A DNA stretch of 64,000 nt, from assembly GCA_025594325.1 (NCBI GenBank), contig JANHCV010000013.1, positions 682,001 to 746,000 of the forward strand, given 5' to 3'. Under the pieces are notes generated by a model. The model was given only the letters and a program-made list of their open reading frames with translations, did no database searches and was not told the origin of the DNA. Below, piece by piece: positions 22,838-34,346 of the stretch. How positions within the stretch are numbered: position 1 is the first letter of the stretch; each line of letters begins with the position of its first letter. The position numbers and the translations under genes were made by a program. The DNA comes from Blastocladiella emersonii ATCC 22665 (taxonomy: Eukaryota > Fungi > Blastocladiomycota).

Positions 22838-25361
22838 ATGCCTCTCAACATGGAATCGGATGAAAGAACTTCTTGCATTGCGCGCCTGGACCTCGAGCCG
22901 TTCGGACTTGCGGACCTGCCCGTCGAGCTGGTCAGCCACGTTCTGCAGCTGGCCATGCCGCGACCCGCCGTCCCGCTTGCGACGAGCTGCCTCGCTGTGG
23001 CGGCAGCCGAATCCGACACCCAGTGGGTCTGGCGGTGCACTTACATGCTGCGGCCCGACTTGTGCGGGTGGGCCGACCTGCATCCATGTGACGACGACTA
23101 TTGTCCCTGCGCCGACTTGGACGCCGACACCGATTACCACTCTCGAATCAGCCCGCATGACGATATGCCGCTTACTCCTTACTTGCACCATCTTGCCTGC
23201 CGTGAACGGATCGCAGCCTCGCGCCGCGAGACGGACCAGGCTCGCTGGCTTCAGGCGGCGGACGTATTTGACGAGCCAACCGTCGCTCGCATCATCGCGA
23301 GATTTTTGGACGATAATATCGACTCAATCTCAAGAGACGAGTTTTCCGACTGGATCGACGAGGTCGGGCAGGTGGCTGAAGCCGGATGCCTGCCGGAACT
23401 TCTCGAGTACGCTATCGTGCCTCACTTTTTTGTCTTGCGCCAGCTGGCCATTGTCTTTGCTGCCCAGGGCCGTATCAACGTTCTTTCTCTTGTGCTGGAC
23501 AAGCTGTCGATGTACCCGGAGCCTTCGCATAACCTCCCGCTGATTGCATGGTCAAGCTTGGAGCTTCACTGGCAGCGTTCGAACCACGTTGTCGGGTGTT
23601 TCTTCGCATCGGAGCAACCGCCCACCTTCTTTCTTCATCTCGTGTTCGTGGCAATCAAGTGGTGGCGACCCGAGGTCCTCGAGTTCCTTGAGCAACCTTG
23701 CTTTGGGATCCGCCGCGAAATGTTTGCCAATTTCGACTTCGCGTCACTCATCCGAAGCTCGTGCGATCCTTCAATTCCTAACAAGGTAGTCATCGAGACG
23801 CTATCGTGGCTCGTTGGGGGGTGTGGGGAGCGGCTCGATCGTCAAGAGGTGCCCTTCCTCGCCAATCTTCTCGCTGGGCGTGCAAGTCCGGAATGTACCG
23901 CTCTTGTGGTTCGGCAATTCGATAGTTACCCTGGCGTTCCGGTCTATCCCAAAGTGGTCCGGGCGGAGCTTGCAGCTGCGATGCTTGGCGGAACAGACTG
24001 GGACGCACTTGATAACATCCTTGTCGCGGGTGACCTTGGTGATCTCGGCCCACATCGAGGGATTCTGCTTGAAATTTCTGAGCGCGGCATGTTGAATAGT
24101 CAGCAAAGTGCGCGTATGCTTTTGATTGCGATTCGCGCCAACAACGGCGACCTCGGCGTTGTGGTACCTTTTATCCGTTTGAACGAGTTTTTGGACGTCC
24201 TCCAGAGCGGTACGATACTTGATCGCAACGTGACGACGTCACGATCGCTAATGTACGATACGCTTGCAACTAGCTATGGTGCTTGTGACCAAAGCTGCTA
24301 AGGCGCAGATGTCAAACCCTCCTGCGGCTCTGGCTGGCGCACCTAGCCCTTGGGATGAAATGCTTGAAGTTCTTCTCCTGGCTTTACACAACAACCTCGA
24401 TCTCACGGTGCTCCTCAACCGCCACGTGCTCACAACCCTAAAGCAAACCACCATGCTTTCTGATGTTTTGGCGCTCTTGGACAGCTATGGCGCTGTGCCG
24501 TTTATTCTCAACGCAAGCCAACTCCCGCTTTATATGCGGTCGTCTTGGCTCGAGTACTCTTTGCCGGACATCATGCTCCCGCTTCTCGTTGCCCTCCTGT
24601 GCGACCCTCGCACGGCACCATCAACGATTGCGCGGCTTGCTCAGCCGCAAGAGGGGAATGCGCGGCTTCAAGTTGCGCATCGGTACTTCTTCCCTCTGCT
24701 CCATTCTGAAACTCGCAATCGCGCGCTTGGAAACGTGGTTGCAAGCACTCCCTTGAGCGGACGCGGCGTGCGGACGCAATCCCGATCCCAGTCCACCCTC
24801 GGACAATCCAGACCCGCAACTCAGGACTGCTGGACCATGGACGCGTACTTTGATTTGTATCCGCCCAAGTCCTTCTCACGTGAGGACGTTCTCGACCTTC
24901 CCGTGTTGGGAGCCTCGGCCGAACCAAATGGTAAGCCAATCAAGCTTGAACCACGAGCGCATCCCAAAACCCCAAACCTGCCGCCCGCCGATCTTCCCAA
25001 CCCGACTTGGGCTCCGTGGCAGTACGCGGTACACGTCTTCCTCACCAAGGTTCCGGGTTTTATGCAACGCAGTCAAACCATTATTCCCATGGCTGTGCGC
25101 GAGGTGTTGTTTTCTTCTGACGCGCTGCTCGTGGCTTATGAACAGCGTCGCGACGAACTTGCACGCGGCTTGCGTGGGCCTGGCATAGACATGGCGTGGA
25201 TCATTGAGCAACTGTACCACGCGGCCCCAAAGTTCATTCTCAATGAGCTTATTGGGGTCTCGCGTACAAGTCCACCACACGTACTGCGGATGCTCCCACG
25301 CGTGGCGTTTGACCAGGCAAGCGGAAAAGCGGGACGTGTTGGAACGGCCCAAAAGTCTTGA
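22838..25361 (+). CDS. F-box-like family A1 protein, ~819 aa; join(22838..24209,24274..25361); C-terminus shorter than paralogs
   Basis: LADLPVELVSHVLQLAMPR, QWVWRCTYMLRPDLCGW (shared with the 15807 copy), IKWWRPEVLE, PWQYAVHVFLTKVP, AWIIEQLYHAAP. Same phase-1 intron (GTACGA...TAG) as its paralogs. Confidence 0.82.
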
Positions 25362-26197
25362 AACGAGCAGTAAGTGAGGGTATAAATTGACCTTTGTTTG
25401 TGCTCCGTGCGCCCTATTGCTTCTGTGGATATAAACCCGACGAGCATGCTCCAGGACTTGATCCTGCACACACTCCCTGGCGTTTGTATTGCACGACCTA
25501 TGAGCGAGCTCTCCGAGGCAACATTGAGGAAGTGCTTTTGGGCGCGGTTACACAACGTTGTGGAGGCGCAGCTTTGGACTGACTTCTCCCATTCTTTGAT
25601 CCGCTCTAAGACGTATGTCAGCTTCGCGAGCCTAGGCTATGGCATTCGTATGCGGTACGCCATACGGGTATGATGGATAAGGCGTATGGGTAGACTGAGC
25701 TGCATGGTCTCGAGGCAACCGTTCCGTGTTTGACTCCTGTTGACGCGTTGCACATGCCGAAAGTGGATTCTGGTTTGTCCCGGCGCCCGCCACTCACCCT
25801 TTTTTTTTCGCTTGAAAAAAGCTCCTTCATGAAAGAGTTTCAACCTAGGAATAATGATTGACGTCAAGTTGCGGGAGCTGCAACATGCCGATGGACGCGT
25901 TGCGCCACTCACGTGACCGAGGGCTTGCCGCGGGGCGCGAAGCCTGGTTGCCTGGCTGCGTTCGCGCGAATACCGTGGCATTTGCGCTTCTTGCGCATGC
26001 TTGCAGCAACTGCTGTTACCCTGCAACCGAGCTGAATAGTCGTTCGAAGCACGATGCCAGCGATCATAGCAGCGAGCGGGAAGGAGCACCACGAACGTGT
26101 GCGAGCTTTCTGAACCTCTTTGATTGATTCATATAGCCGAACGTGAGATGTTAAGAATACTTTGAATTCAGAAATTGGGCCACAAACAAAATGCGTA

Positions 26198-28421
26198 TCA
26201 CTGGCCGCATGATGCGGCGAGCCGCTCAAGTTCGACCATATGCATGGTCCTGTGCGCAGCTGTCGAGCCTGCGCAAGCGCTAAGCTGTACAATGTCGTCA
26301 GCCGTGAGGAACTCGTTTAGACAGCCATCAGGAAGGCACGACGTGTACGGAATCAGGACGGGAGCGATGCGGATGAGGAGCTCGACCACAAGACGCGGAT
26401 CGTGTTTGAGGAGTAGCAAAAGCGTGTCTGCAGGCTTTTAACCGCCCCAAAGCTGTTCAAGTCCGAACTTGCAACAATCAGCTTGGTACCACATTAGCGA
26501 TTCAGTCAAATCATTCTTGAGCCTTTTCAAAGAGGTCGCCAAGAACCGTGGGCTCCCCGTGCATTTGGGGAAGAGCGAAAGTAGGGCGCGAAACGCAGCT
26601 AGCCAAGACTCATCAGACGACGGCGTATTGCTGAACATCCGACCAATGTCGACGCCATGGCAGCTGTACAGTTGGGCGATGACCATGACACTTTAAACTT
26701 GAGAAGCGACGCCACTCTCGTGCAAGATGTTCAAGGACGGATTGCTTGTCTCAGGAGTTGAGTGAAGCTTCACAAAAAACTGCGAGATGGCATCGAGGGC
26801 TTCCCACACCAACGCAGCCGCGTTATCGGAAGCGAGCATGCGGGCGACAACGGCAAAGATATCCAATGGGCAGTTGACCGGCTTGCAATCAAGTAGAAAC
26901 TTCAGCAGCGAGCTCAGACGGACTGGATCCGAGGCAGCAAGGAAAGCGCCAAGTCGGTCAATGATGCCCTGCGTCGAAGTCGTACAGGCCAGTCGTATCA
27001 CCCGCTGTCCCAGCCGGCACTTGTCCACATCGTACTCGAGGGCATCTCGGAAAACTGCGGTGGGTTTCAGCACGACATGTCGTTAGCTCGTCAATGCGCG
27101 CCATGCAAGCGAGTAGCGGAAGAAAGAATCCCGCGCATTGGAAAAAGATATCTTCCCAGGATTGAGCGCTGACCATCGCGCGGACCTTGCCAAACTCTTG
27201 ACCGGTCACTGAGGCATCACCCTCGTACTTGCTGAGGATAAAGCTAATCGCCGTAACCCATTCAGGCACGCCAAGTAGTCCGTGCTCAATAAGAGGCCCG
27301 AGCTTCTCGTACTCGAGGGAAGACTGCCACGTTACCAAGCGAAGGCTTACGCGAGCGATGTCAATGCGTCGAGGTGTCGCAGTCCTCATGATCTCGTTTG
27401 GGTACTTGGCGAGCACTTGCGAGAGCAGGAACGGGTCATCGCGTGCAAGAGTGCAGATGAGCGAGTCAATATCATCCAGGCCCCCATTGTCAAGGATCCA
27501 GCCGCGCGAGAGCAGCCAATCGAGGACGGCGAACCCGTGAGACAGCTGGTCAAGAATGTCCATTTGCTCGCGAAGGAGTTGGGCGACTGGCACGAGCGAA
27601 AGAGACGAGATAACCATGCTATCGTCCATCGCGTAGCGGGAATGGGATAGCACCTCGAGCGAGGACGTCTGCCAGTTGAACGTTGCAAGGAAGCCAAGGT
27701 AGTCGATGAGCATTGGGCGACTGCCCGACCGCGAGGAAGCGGCTGTAATCCCTTCCGTTTCAAGGCCACTAGTCTCCATGACGAGCGGATAGAACCAGCA
27801 TATGTCGTGCCACGCGAACCAGCGAAGCCGCGTCTCGAGCAGCGTAGGACAGTGCTTAATGATCCATGTGAGGCACGCTTCGAGAAGAGGAATCCGACCC
27901 GTTACGACCGCACACACCGTGACGAGAAGAATGGCAATGATAGGTTGCTGGAACGGCGAGACGAGGTGCTGGCCACCGAAGCTGTCGGATAGAATGCGAA
28001 GGTAGGCCGCCATGAGGTCAGGCGCTTGACAGTGAAGCACTCGCTGGAAACGGATATGGGCCATTACAGTCTCAGAAAAAACCTCAAGAAGCTCGATATG
28101 CGAGTATGAGGAAAGCTCGCAGAGCTCAAGCAGCGCCAAGTGTAAAGTGGTACGAAAACCAGGTCGCGTTCCACGGCTGTCATTCTGAAGCTGCTCGAAC
28201 GTGGGCGCCGAAAGTATGACACCAACGAGGCCACTGAGGGTCCAAGAAGCCAAGACCGACGCGTTCCGCGTTGCCGAGGACATGCCACGCGTCGAAGCAG
28301 GGATTGCGCGGCGTGGCTCGGCCGACTGGAGGACGGCGAAGACAAGTTCGGCCGGAAGGTCGGCGAAGCATAAATTCGGCATATTGACGGCCCGCCAAGT
28401 GGGTTGCATAGAGTGATTCAT
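26198..28421 (-). pseudogene. F-box-like subfamily A2 gene with a probable intron ending at 27055 and two in-frame TAA stops (26693-26695, 26438-26440)
   Basis: MNHSMQ...FADLPAELVFAVLQSAEPR start. A GCTAAC branch and CAG acceptor precede FRDALEY...VIRLACTTSTQGIIDRLG, homologous to exon 2 of 38146-40474. ORFs 26693-27073, 26438-26686 and 26198-26419 share one frame, separated only by TAA. The donor site is uncertain. Confidence 0.78.
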
Positions 28422-28897
28422 GGATGTGACGAGTATCGCAAGATTTGGAGTCCGAGGGCGGGAGAAAGAGCGCGTCACCGGCCACGCGGCGCTCAACGCT
28501 CCCTTTCCTCCCTGGGACTGGGGAATTGACAATGTGTGATGAGACTTTTCTGGGGCAAGTATAAATGTTGCGTTTCGAAGACCAAGTTCGTTGAAGGTAC
28601 TGTCAGGGATCAATTCACGCGGCCGGCCGTGACCTGGCGGTTGTCACCTCGCCGCGGTCTCAGACCATGTCGGTACACTCAACGAGAAATGATTTCCAAA
28701 TCCTCGCAACATCAACCAACGACTGGCGGGAACGAACGCTTCCAGCTCACGCCGGACGCGTCGATTTATCATGTGATGCCCGCGTAAGGCTGGTGCGCCG
28801 TTGGCATGTGGCGCAAGTCTCGCGCCGCCGCTCGCTTCGCTTCGACCGCATGTAGCACCTTACCACTTTGACTAGGACCACGTAAACTTCATGCAAA

Positions 28898-30544
28898 ATG
28901 CTCAGGGCTATTCATGTGCCCGAAGTCCTCGAGCGGATTCTTGTTTATGCCATCAAACAGCACGGCGACCCGGCCGACGCGGCGGGGCTCCTCGAGTACG
29001 CGCGCGCTCTGCCGCGGGCCCTGGCCCCGCGCCTTGAACGAGCGCTCTTAGATTTTACGTCGAGTCTTTCAATCGACGGGGCGACGGAGCGCGGCAATGT
29101 TGTGGCCCTGAAGAAGCGGTCCGCACTTGGGCTCTCGCTCACCAGCTGCTCCATGGTCGCACTGAGAGCCGCCATTGCCGAAGGCCATCTCGAAACACTA
29201 GAATGGTGGCGCGCTTCGGGTTTGCTTCATGCCGACGAAGTCCAAGATCTTGTCGATTACTACGAAGACCACACCACGAGTCCGCACGCGGCGCTGGGAA
29301 TGCCTTATCGCGACGACGATGACAACTTCTGCCCAGCGGCTGAGGTCGACGAAGGTATCGATGAGCTCTGCCTCGATATCGCGGCAGGTAGACGTGCAGA
29401 CCTCTACCTTGACACTTGGTCCATCTCCATGGCGGGAATCAACGCGCTCAGTGCCGCCATGGCGAACCCTCTGCAGGCGGTCCGAACCGTTGATTTTCGT
29501 AACTGCACCATCGACCTCCCTCGTTTACTCGCTCTTCGACTTCCGTCAACGGTGCGCAAGGCCGAATTCAATGCGCACTGGATCAGACAGCCGCCACCAT
29601 CGTCTCTCGCGGAATCGACACCAATGCGCTGGCCACCGGGTCTCGAATCGCTCGTGATTGGGACACGGCGGATGTCAACTGCCATCCCCTACCTCTTCCA
29701 CTCTTTTCCCGCGACGCTTCGCTCACTCCATATCGGAGGCGTCGACTGTGATGATCTTAAAATCCTTGAAATTGTTGACAAGTTTCCCCCATTCCTCAAA
29801 GAGCTCGATCTGCCATCCAGCTCGACTCGAGTTGGGTTCATGGCTGTCATCGCTCGACTTCCAGCAACGCTTGAAAGCCTTTCAATCGGATCGTATCCCA
29901 TGGTTTGCACCGGGGACGCACGTGCTTCATTATCGCTGCACAACACTCAAGGCAGAGTTCCAGTGCTTCCGCAGCTGCTTACATCGCTGGAGTTCGCAGG
30001 TGATGAGCTCGACGTTGAGTTGATCCACACTCTTGGCATTATTCCGCGCTACTCGCTTCGGAAACTTTCACTGCGCTTCAAAGAAGTCAACCACGACGCA
30101 ATGTTGGAGCTTGCCCGCGTCTTTCCGCCGAACCTCGAGGAATTAGTCGCCCGCTGTTGTTATACGTCCCGCGCTGGCATTATGTCGCTCATTCCAAGCC
30201 TTCCCCGAACGCTTACCGTGCTCGATCTCATTGACTCGGACATCGGATGCGAGGGCGCTCAGCTCCTTGCTCAACATCTGCCGCCCCGCCTCAAAGAGTT
30301 GCTGCTTCGCTCAACGAACCTCGACGACGAGGCCATAGAGTTCTTGGCACTCGCGCTTCCGCAGACTCTCGCTGTTCTCAACCTATCCCTGAACACAATC
30401 ACGGATGCCGGTGCATACTTACTCGCCACTTGCTTGCCGCCGGGCATCACCCAGCTCGGAATGTCGGGCAACGTCATTTCTGACAAGGCCGAGGCCACAC
30501 TCCTCGCCGCCGTACCGCGGGTTTCGAACATCCGACACTGTTGA
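28898..30544 (+). CDS. F-box-like + ankyrin-like + RNI-type LRR protein, 548 aa
   Basis: IHVPEVLERILVYAI and AAIAEGHLETLEWWRASGL; repeated LPRTLTVLDLIDSDIGCEGAQLLA-type LRRs; paralog of 5855-7831. Confidence 0.85.
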   Translation: MLRAIHVPEVLERILVYAIKQHGDPADAAGLLEYARALPRALAPRLERALLDFTSSLSIDGATERGNVVALKKRSALGLSLTSCSMVALRAAIAEGHLETLEWWRASGLLHADEVQDLVDYYEDHTTSPHAALGMPYRDDDDNFCPAAEVDEGIDELCLDIAAGRRADLYLDTWSISMAGINALSAAMANPLQAVRTVDFRNCTIDLPRLLALRLPSTVRKAEFNAHWIRQPPPSSLAESTPMRWPPGLESLVIGTRRMSTAIPYLFHSFPATLRSLHIGGVDCDDLKILEIVDKFPPFLKELDLPSSSTRVGFMAVIARLPATLESLSIGSYPMVCTGDARASLSLHNTQGRVPVLPQLLTSLEFAGDELDVELIHTLGIIPRYSLRKLSLRFKEVNHDAMLELARVFPPNLEELVARCCYTSRAGIMSLIPSLPRTLTVLDLIDSDIGCEGAQLLAQHLPPRLKELLLRSTNLDDEAIEFLALALPQTLAVLNLSLNTITDAGAYLLATCLPPGITQLGMSGNVISDKAEATLLAAVPRVSNIRHC

Positions 30545-31144
30545 CCAGGACGGCCGCGTAACATGTACTTTGATCCGTCGACTCCCAGCTGTTCATCTGG
30601 TTCAAAAGCGAGCCATTCATTCATCATCAGTTCATGGCGAGCAGCGAAAGTCGTTCTTCACCAAAATTCAATATATTTTCCGCTCCCGATTCCAACAAGC
30701 ACTCTGGGAGTGCAAGTGGCAAAGCCGAAAGACATCGTGACTGGCTGCTTGCGCGCATGAGCTGAGCGAGAGGCCCCGCTGACTGGGGCGTTTGTCGCGA
30801 TCCAGGTCTTGCACACCCATGAGCTTCGTTCATGTCCTAACAGAGGCAGTCAAGTGATTTACACAGGGATCAAGGACGCCAATATGTTAAGGCGACGAAC
30901 TCGGGCCAGTCATCAAGTTCAACCCAAGTTCGCCCACCGATCGTGCTACTCGTTCATCGCTTTCGTCTCCACGAGCTGGTACACACGACTATCGAGAACT
31001 GGGCTTCACGCAACTGAACGCCAAGGCGCGTAATTGACAAATATCACATATGCACCGTAACTTAAGCTGTGAGCGCATTAGGAAACGGGAGATCGCGAGG
31101 TCGGTCTAGAACGAGCCTGATGCGACTCAGTCCGCTGGCAAAAA

Positions 31145-32152
31145 CTAGCACGGACCTGCCCGCCACCCAAACTGCTCACGCATGTCGCTCTCCTGCTCCG
31201 CGAGATCGTACAATCCACAATCCACAGGAGCGGCCCGAATCCGGCGCACTTTGTCGAGCTGCTCGAGTTGCATTTTGGGCATGCTTGTGATGAGCGCTTC
31301 TACTCGATGATTGCGCGGCATCCCGAGAAACACGCTGTCAGGAAGCATGCGGGTGAGCATGGGTGAAACTGGCCAGAGCGCGACAAAGAGATCCATGGCG
31401 AGGCCAGACAACTTGACCCGCATCGCGTTGACAATGAAACCCGAGGTACCGCCGCTATAGCTGGTCGCGCAGCATGAGTTGCTGGACTCGTGGCGGAGAG
31501 CCGACTCATGAGAGTGCTTGACGGCTGCGAGAAAAGCAACGAGAAACTTGGTCGTGGCCGCGTCCATCTCGACGTCCTCCAGTAGCAGGGGGAACGCGTT
31601 GCGCCACACGGACTGGCACGAGAGTGGGCAGTTCGGGCACACAGTGAATCCGGGCGCGGGCGGGATGACAAGGTCGGCGTGTGACGAGAAATAGGACGCG
31701 AGCAGCGCGCCAAGCAGCGGCGCTGCGAGCTTTGCATTCCGAACGATCGCGAGCGCCCGATCCCGATCTGTTGTGAGAACCGTCGTCGTGAGCCACGAAA
31801 GCGCGTGCGAGACGGTTGATGACGGCGTGCCGAGTTGGTCGGGACTGGTCAGGAGCAAGGCGCGATATGACAGAGAACTCATCGGTTCGAGACGCGAGCG
31901 GCTCGGCCGGCGAAAGCAGCGCGGTGATGCAATCGAAGCGCTTGGTTCCGCAATTATCGTTGGTCATGTCAAAGACGTTGAGCCAAATGCGGTCAAATGT
32001 GTCGGGCGTTTCAGCAACACCATGGCCGGGGAGAGCCGCGCGAGCTGACCCACGGCGGCGGCGAGCTCGGGCGGAAGGTTGGCCAAGCTCCTAGAACGCA
32101 TGTTGGGCGGTTGACGATCGTATTGCATGGAGTCTTTCGTGGTGTGCTTCAT
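31145..32152 (-). pseudogene. Internally deleted, frameshifted copy of the A2 gene at 38146-40474
   Basis: The F-box start (MKHTTKDSMQ...LANLPPELAAAVGQLA) runs within ~25 nt into exon-2 homology (DTFDRIWLNVFDMTNDNCG vs GTIDRIGLNVFDDTNDECG), so ~1.3 kb including the intron is missing. A second frameshift lies near 31860. PGFTVCPNCPLS is shared. Confidence 0.85.
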
Positions 32153-32394
32153 GGCAGTGAAGTGCTGGAGTGGAACGCAAGGGGAAGAAGCTATGATTTC
32201 AGCCACGACGAACGCCACTCGGCTCGGTCACCCGGGCCACGTGCGTCTGTTCGGCGCGTCGGCGGAATCATGTTTCCTAGGACGATGTCGGGCGTGAAAT
32301 GGGCTTCTGCGGCATTCAGAGATGCTTAGCGGCGGCGTTCCACATGACATAGATGAGCTCCTGGCGATGTGAGCGGCCATCATCATGTCCTCGT

Positions 32395-34150
32395 TGGTCG
32401 AGGGTGAACCATTTGAGCGAGCAAGACGGAAATCAATTTTTCCATCTGTCTCCTCGCGGTGATAATTAAATATCTCGCACCGGTCACGCGAAAGTCAGCC
32501 GATCTGAGCGCGACGCGTCGCTTGCCTCCCGGAATCAATTTTCGTGCCACGCGGCTCGCTGTTTGCTTCCCGCGCGTTTGCTCTCCCACTAACACGCGCA
32601 CGTTTTTTGATATTCATGTATCGCACCTGATTTACTCGCACCTGCTGCAAGTTCACGGAGGCTTGCTGCAGCGACAGCGGGCGTCTGCTCTCGCACACGC
32701 GCCCGCCCGCTCGCGCTCCTTCCCCTTCGCCGCATGCCCTGTACCATGCAATCTCTCTCTCAACTACTACATGCAATGCGACATGACAACCATCCAAAAC
32801 CCCGCGCTCGGCCGCCTACCGCGGCGCGGCGCGCGACTACACGTCACTCGACAACCGCAGCCCGATCCGCTCGTTCTCAAGGGGTCGTGAGGTATCCTGG
32901 TGCGCTGCCGCGTGGCGCGACCGCCCCTCTCTCTCCCCTCGTGTAGATGCCCCCCGGTGCGGGCCTAGTACCCTCCTGGCCTAGTTCTCTCTCTCGGCAC
33001 GCCCTCTGCGGCACGAGCCCTCGCCGTAAGCAAGCGTAAGCACCGCCCACACCTCCCCCTTCATGCGCTCGTTCGCCCCGACGCATGCTGCGGCGGGCCC
33101 GTGTGTGGCGCGGCTGGCGGGGGTCTCGGCCGTTGCGGAGGTGGCTAATGAAGGGAGGCAAACGGTGTGGCGGCCGAGTAGGTGGCGGGTAGTGGCCCAT
33201 GGACCACTGCGTCTGTTGGGCGGAGCGGCTGGACCGATCTGAAAATACTACCCGTCGTACCGAAACGCCGCCCGCGCTGCACCGGGGGCACCCTGTACGC
33301 CGGTTACCCACCCACCCACCAAGTTCAAGCGCGACGCGAGGCTCTCGATTGCGGGAAGCAGCAGGTACGGCGCCGCCGATGCTCGCTCGTCTTTGTGATG
33401 ATCGCCTACCGACTGACTCACGACGATTCTCGCCCGTCGTGTGTGTAGATCGCATCGCCCTCATCCCTATCCACTACTCTACTACGACGCGCGCAACCGG
33501 TCCGGCCGCGCGGCAGTTTCGCGTCGTGCGGCGGCGGCCGCCAGGTCAACTTCGGCCCCCATGGTCGCGTTCAAGTTCAAGGCGTGTTCGAGGTACCGCA
33601 TCTCTGACCTGCATCCGCCGCTGCCGCGATCAGGACAACTCACCCTCTCCCTCGCACCCCCGTAGAGCCACCCATCTCCTCCAAGGTTCCGCGACGCGTG
33701 CCACTACACCAGATCGTGTGTGTCGTGGTACCGAGCCCCCACCGTCCCGCTCGCCGTGACCGACCGACGCCCTCAAGAAGCTCAAGCGCCTGTACGTGCC
33801 GATCGAGCGGATCATCGAGCCCAAGAACGGCGGCGACACAAGCTCCTCGGGACCAACTTCCACCGCCGCCAGTACATGTGCAGATCGCCGGCATTCCGCA
33901 TCACGCACTCGCCGCCGCCGTCAAGCCGCTGTCGCGGTCGGTCACGCTCAAGCTGGGCGACTGACACGCCGCGCCCAAGTCGATCCGCTGCTATCGACCT
34001 CGGTTCGTGGTCGATCGAGGAGGAGGTCAAGTTCCAGACGGCCATTGACGAGCAGCTGTCAATCGTGCCCCTCACGATAATACATCGCAAGCCCGTCCAT
34101 CCGTGACGCCTTTCTTGTCCCACCCACTTCGGGCGATGCACGGCGAGAGG
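32395..34150 (+). repeat. Copy A of a ~1.75-kb inverted repeat (decayed multi-exon gene plus promoter-like head)
   Basis: Reverse complement of ~48500-50310; ORF 32877-33464(-) matches 49179-49826(+); same 73-nt GTACCG...TAG intron (33593-33665). Confidence 0.92.
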
Positions 34151-34346
34151 GCCTTTGCGTACTTCGCACGAGGTTAATCGAAGCGGGAAGGCAGAGTGAC
34201 GCGCCAGACGCGCGGGAAAGTTTAGTACAGGATCAGCAGCTTCGAAAACAGGGGAACGATGATGATTGGAAACTCAAATATCAAATTCATTTGCTCGGAT
34301 GTAACAAAACGTCGCAGCATCAGATCCCCGTGCCCATGACCGCCGT

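Noticed and set aside
25320-25673. Extra GC-AG-spliced terminal exon for the 22838 gene
   Set aside because: The GCAAGC donor is plausible, but the downstream ORF shows no clear similarity to the paralog C-termini.
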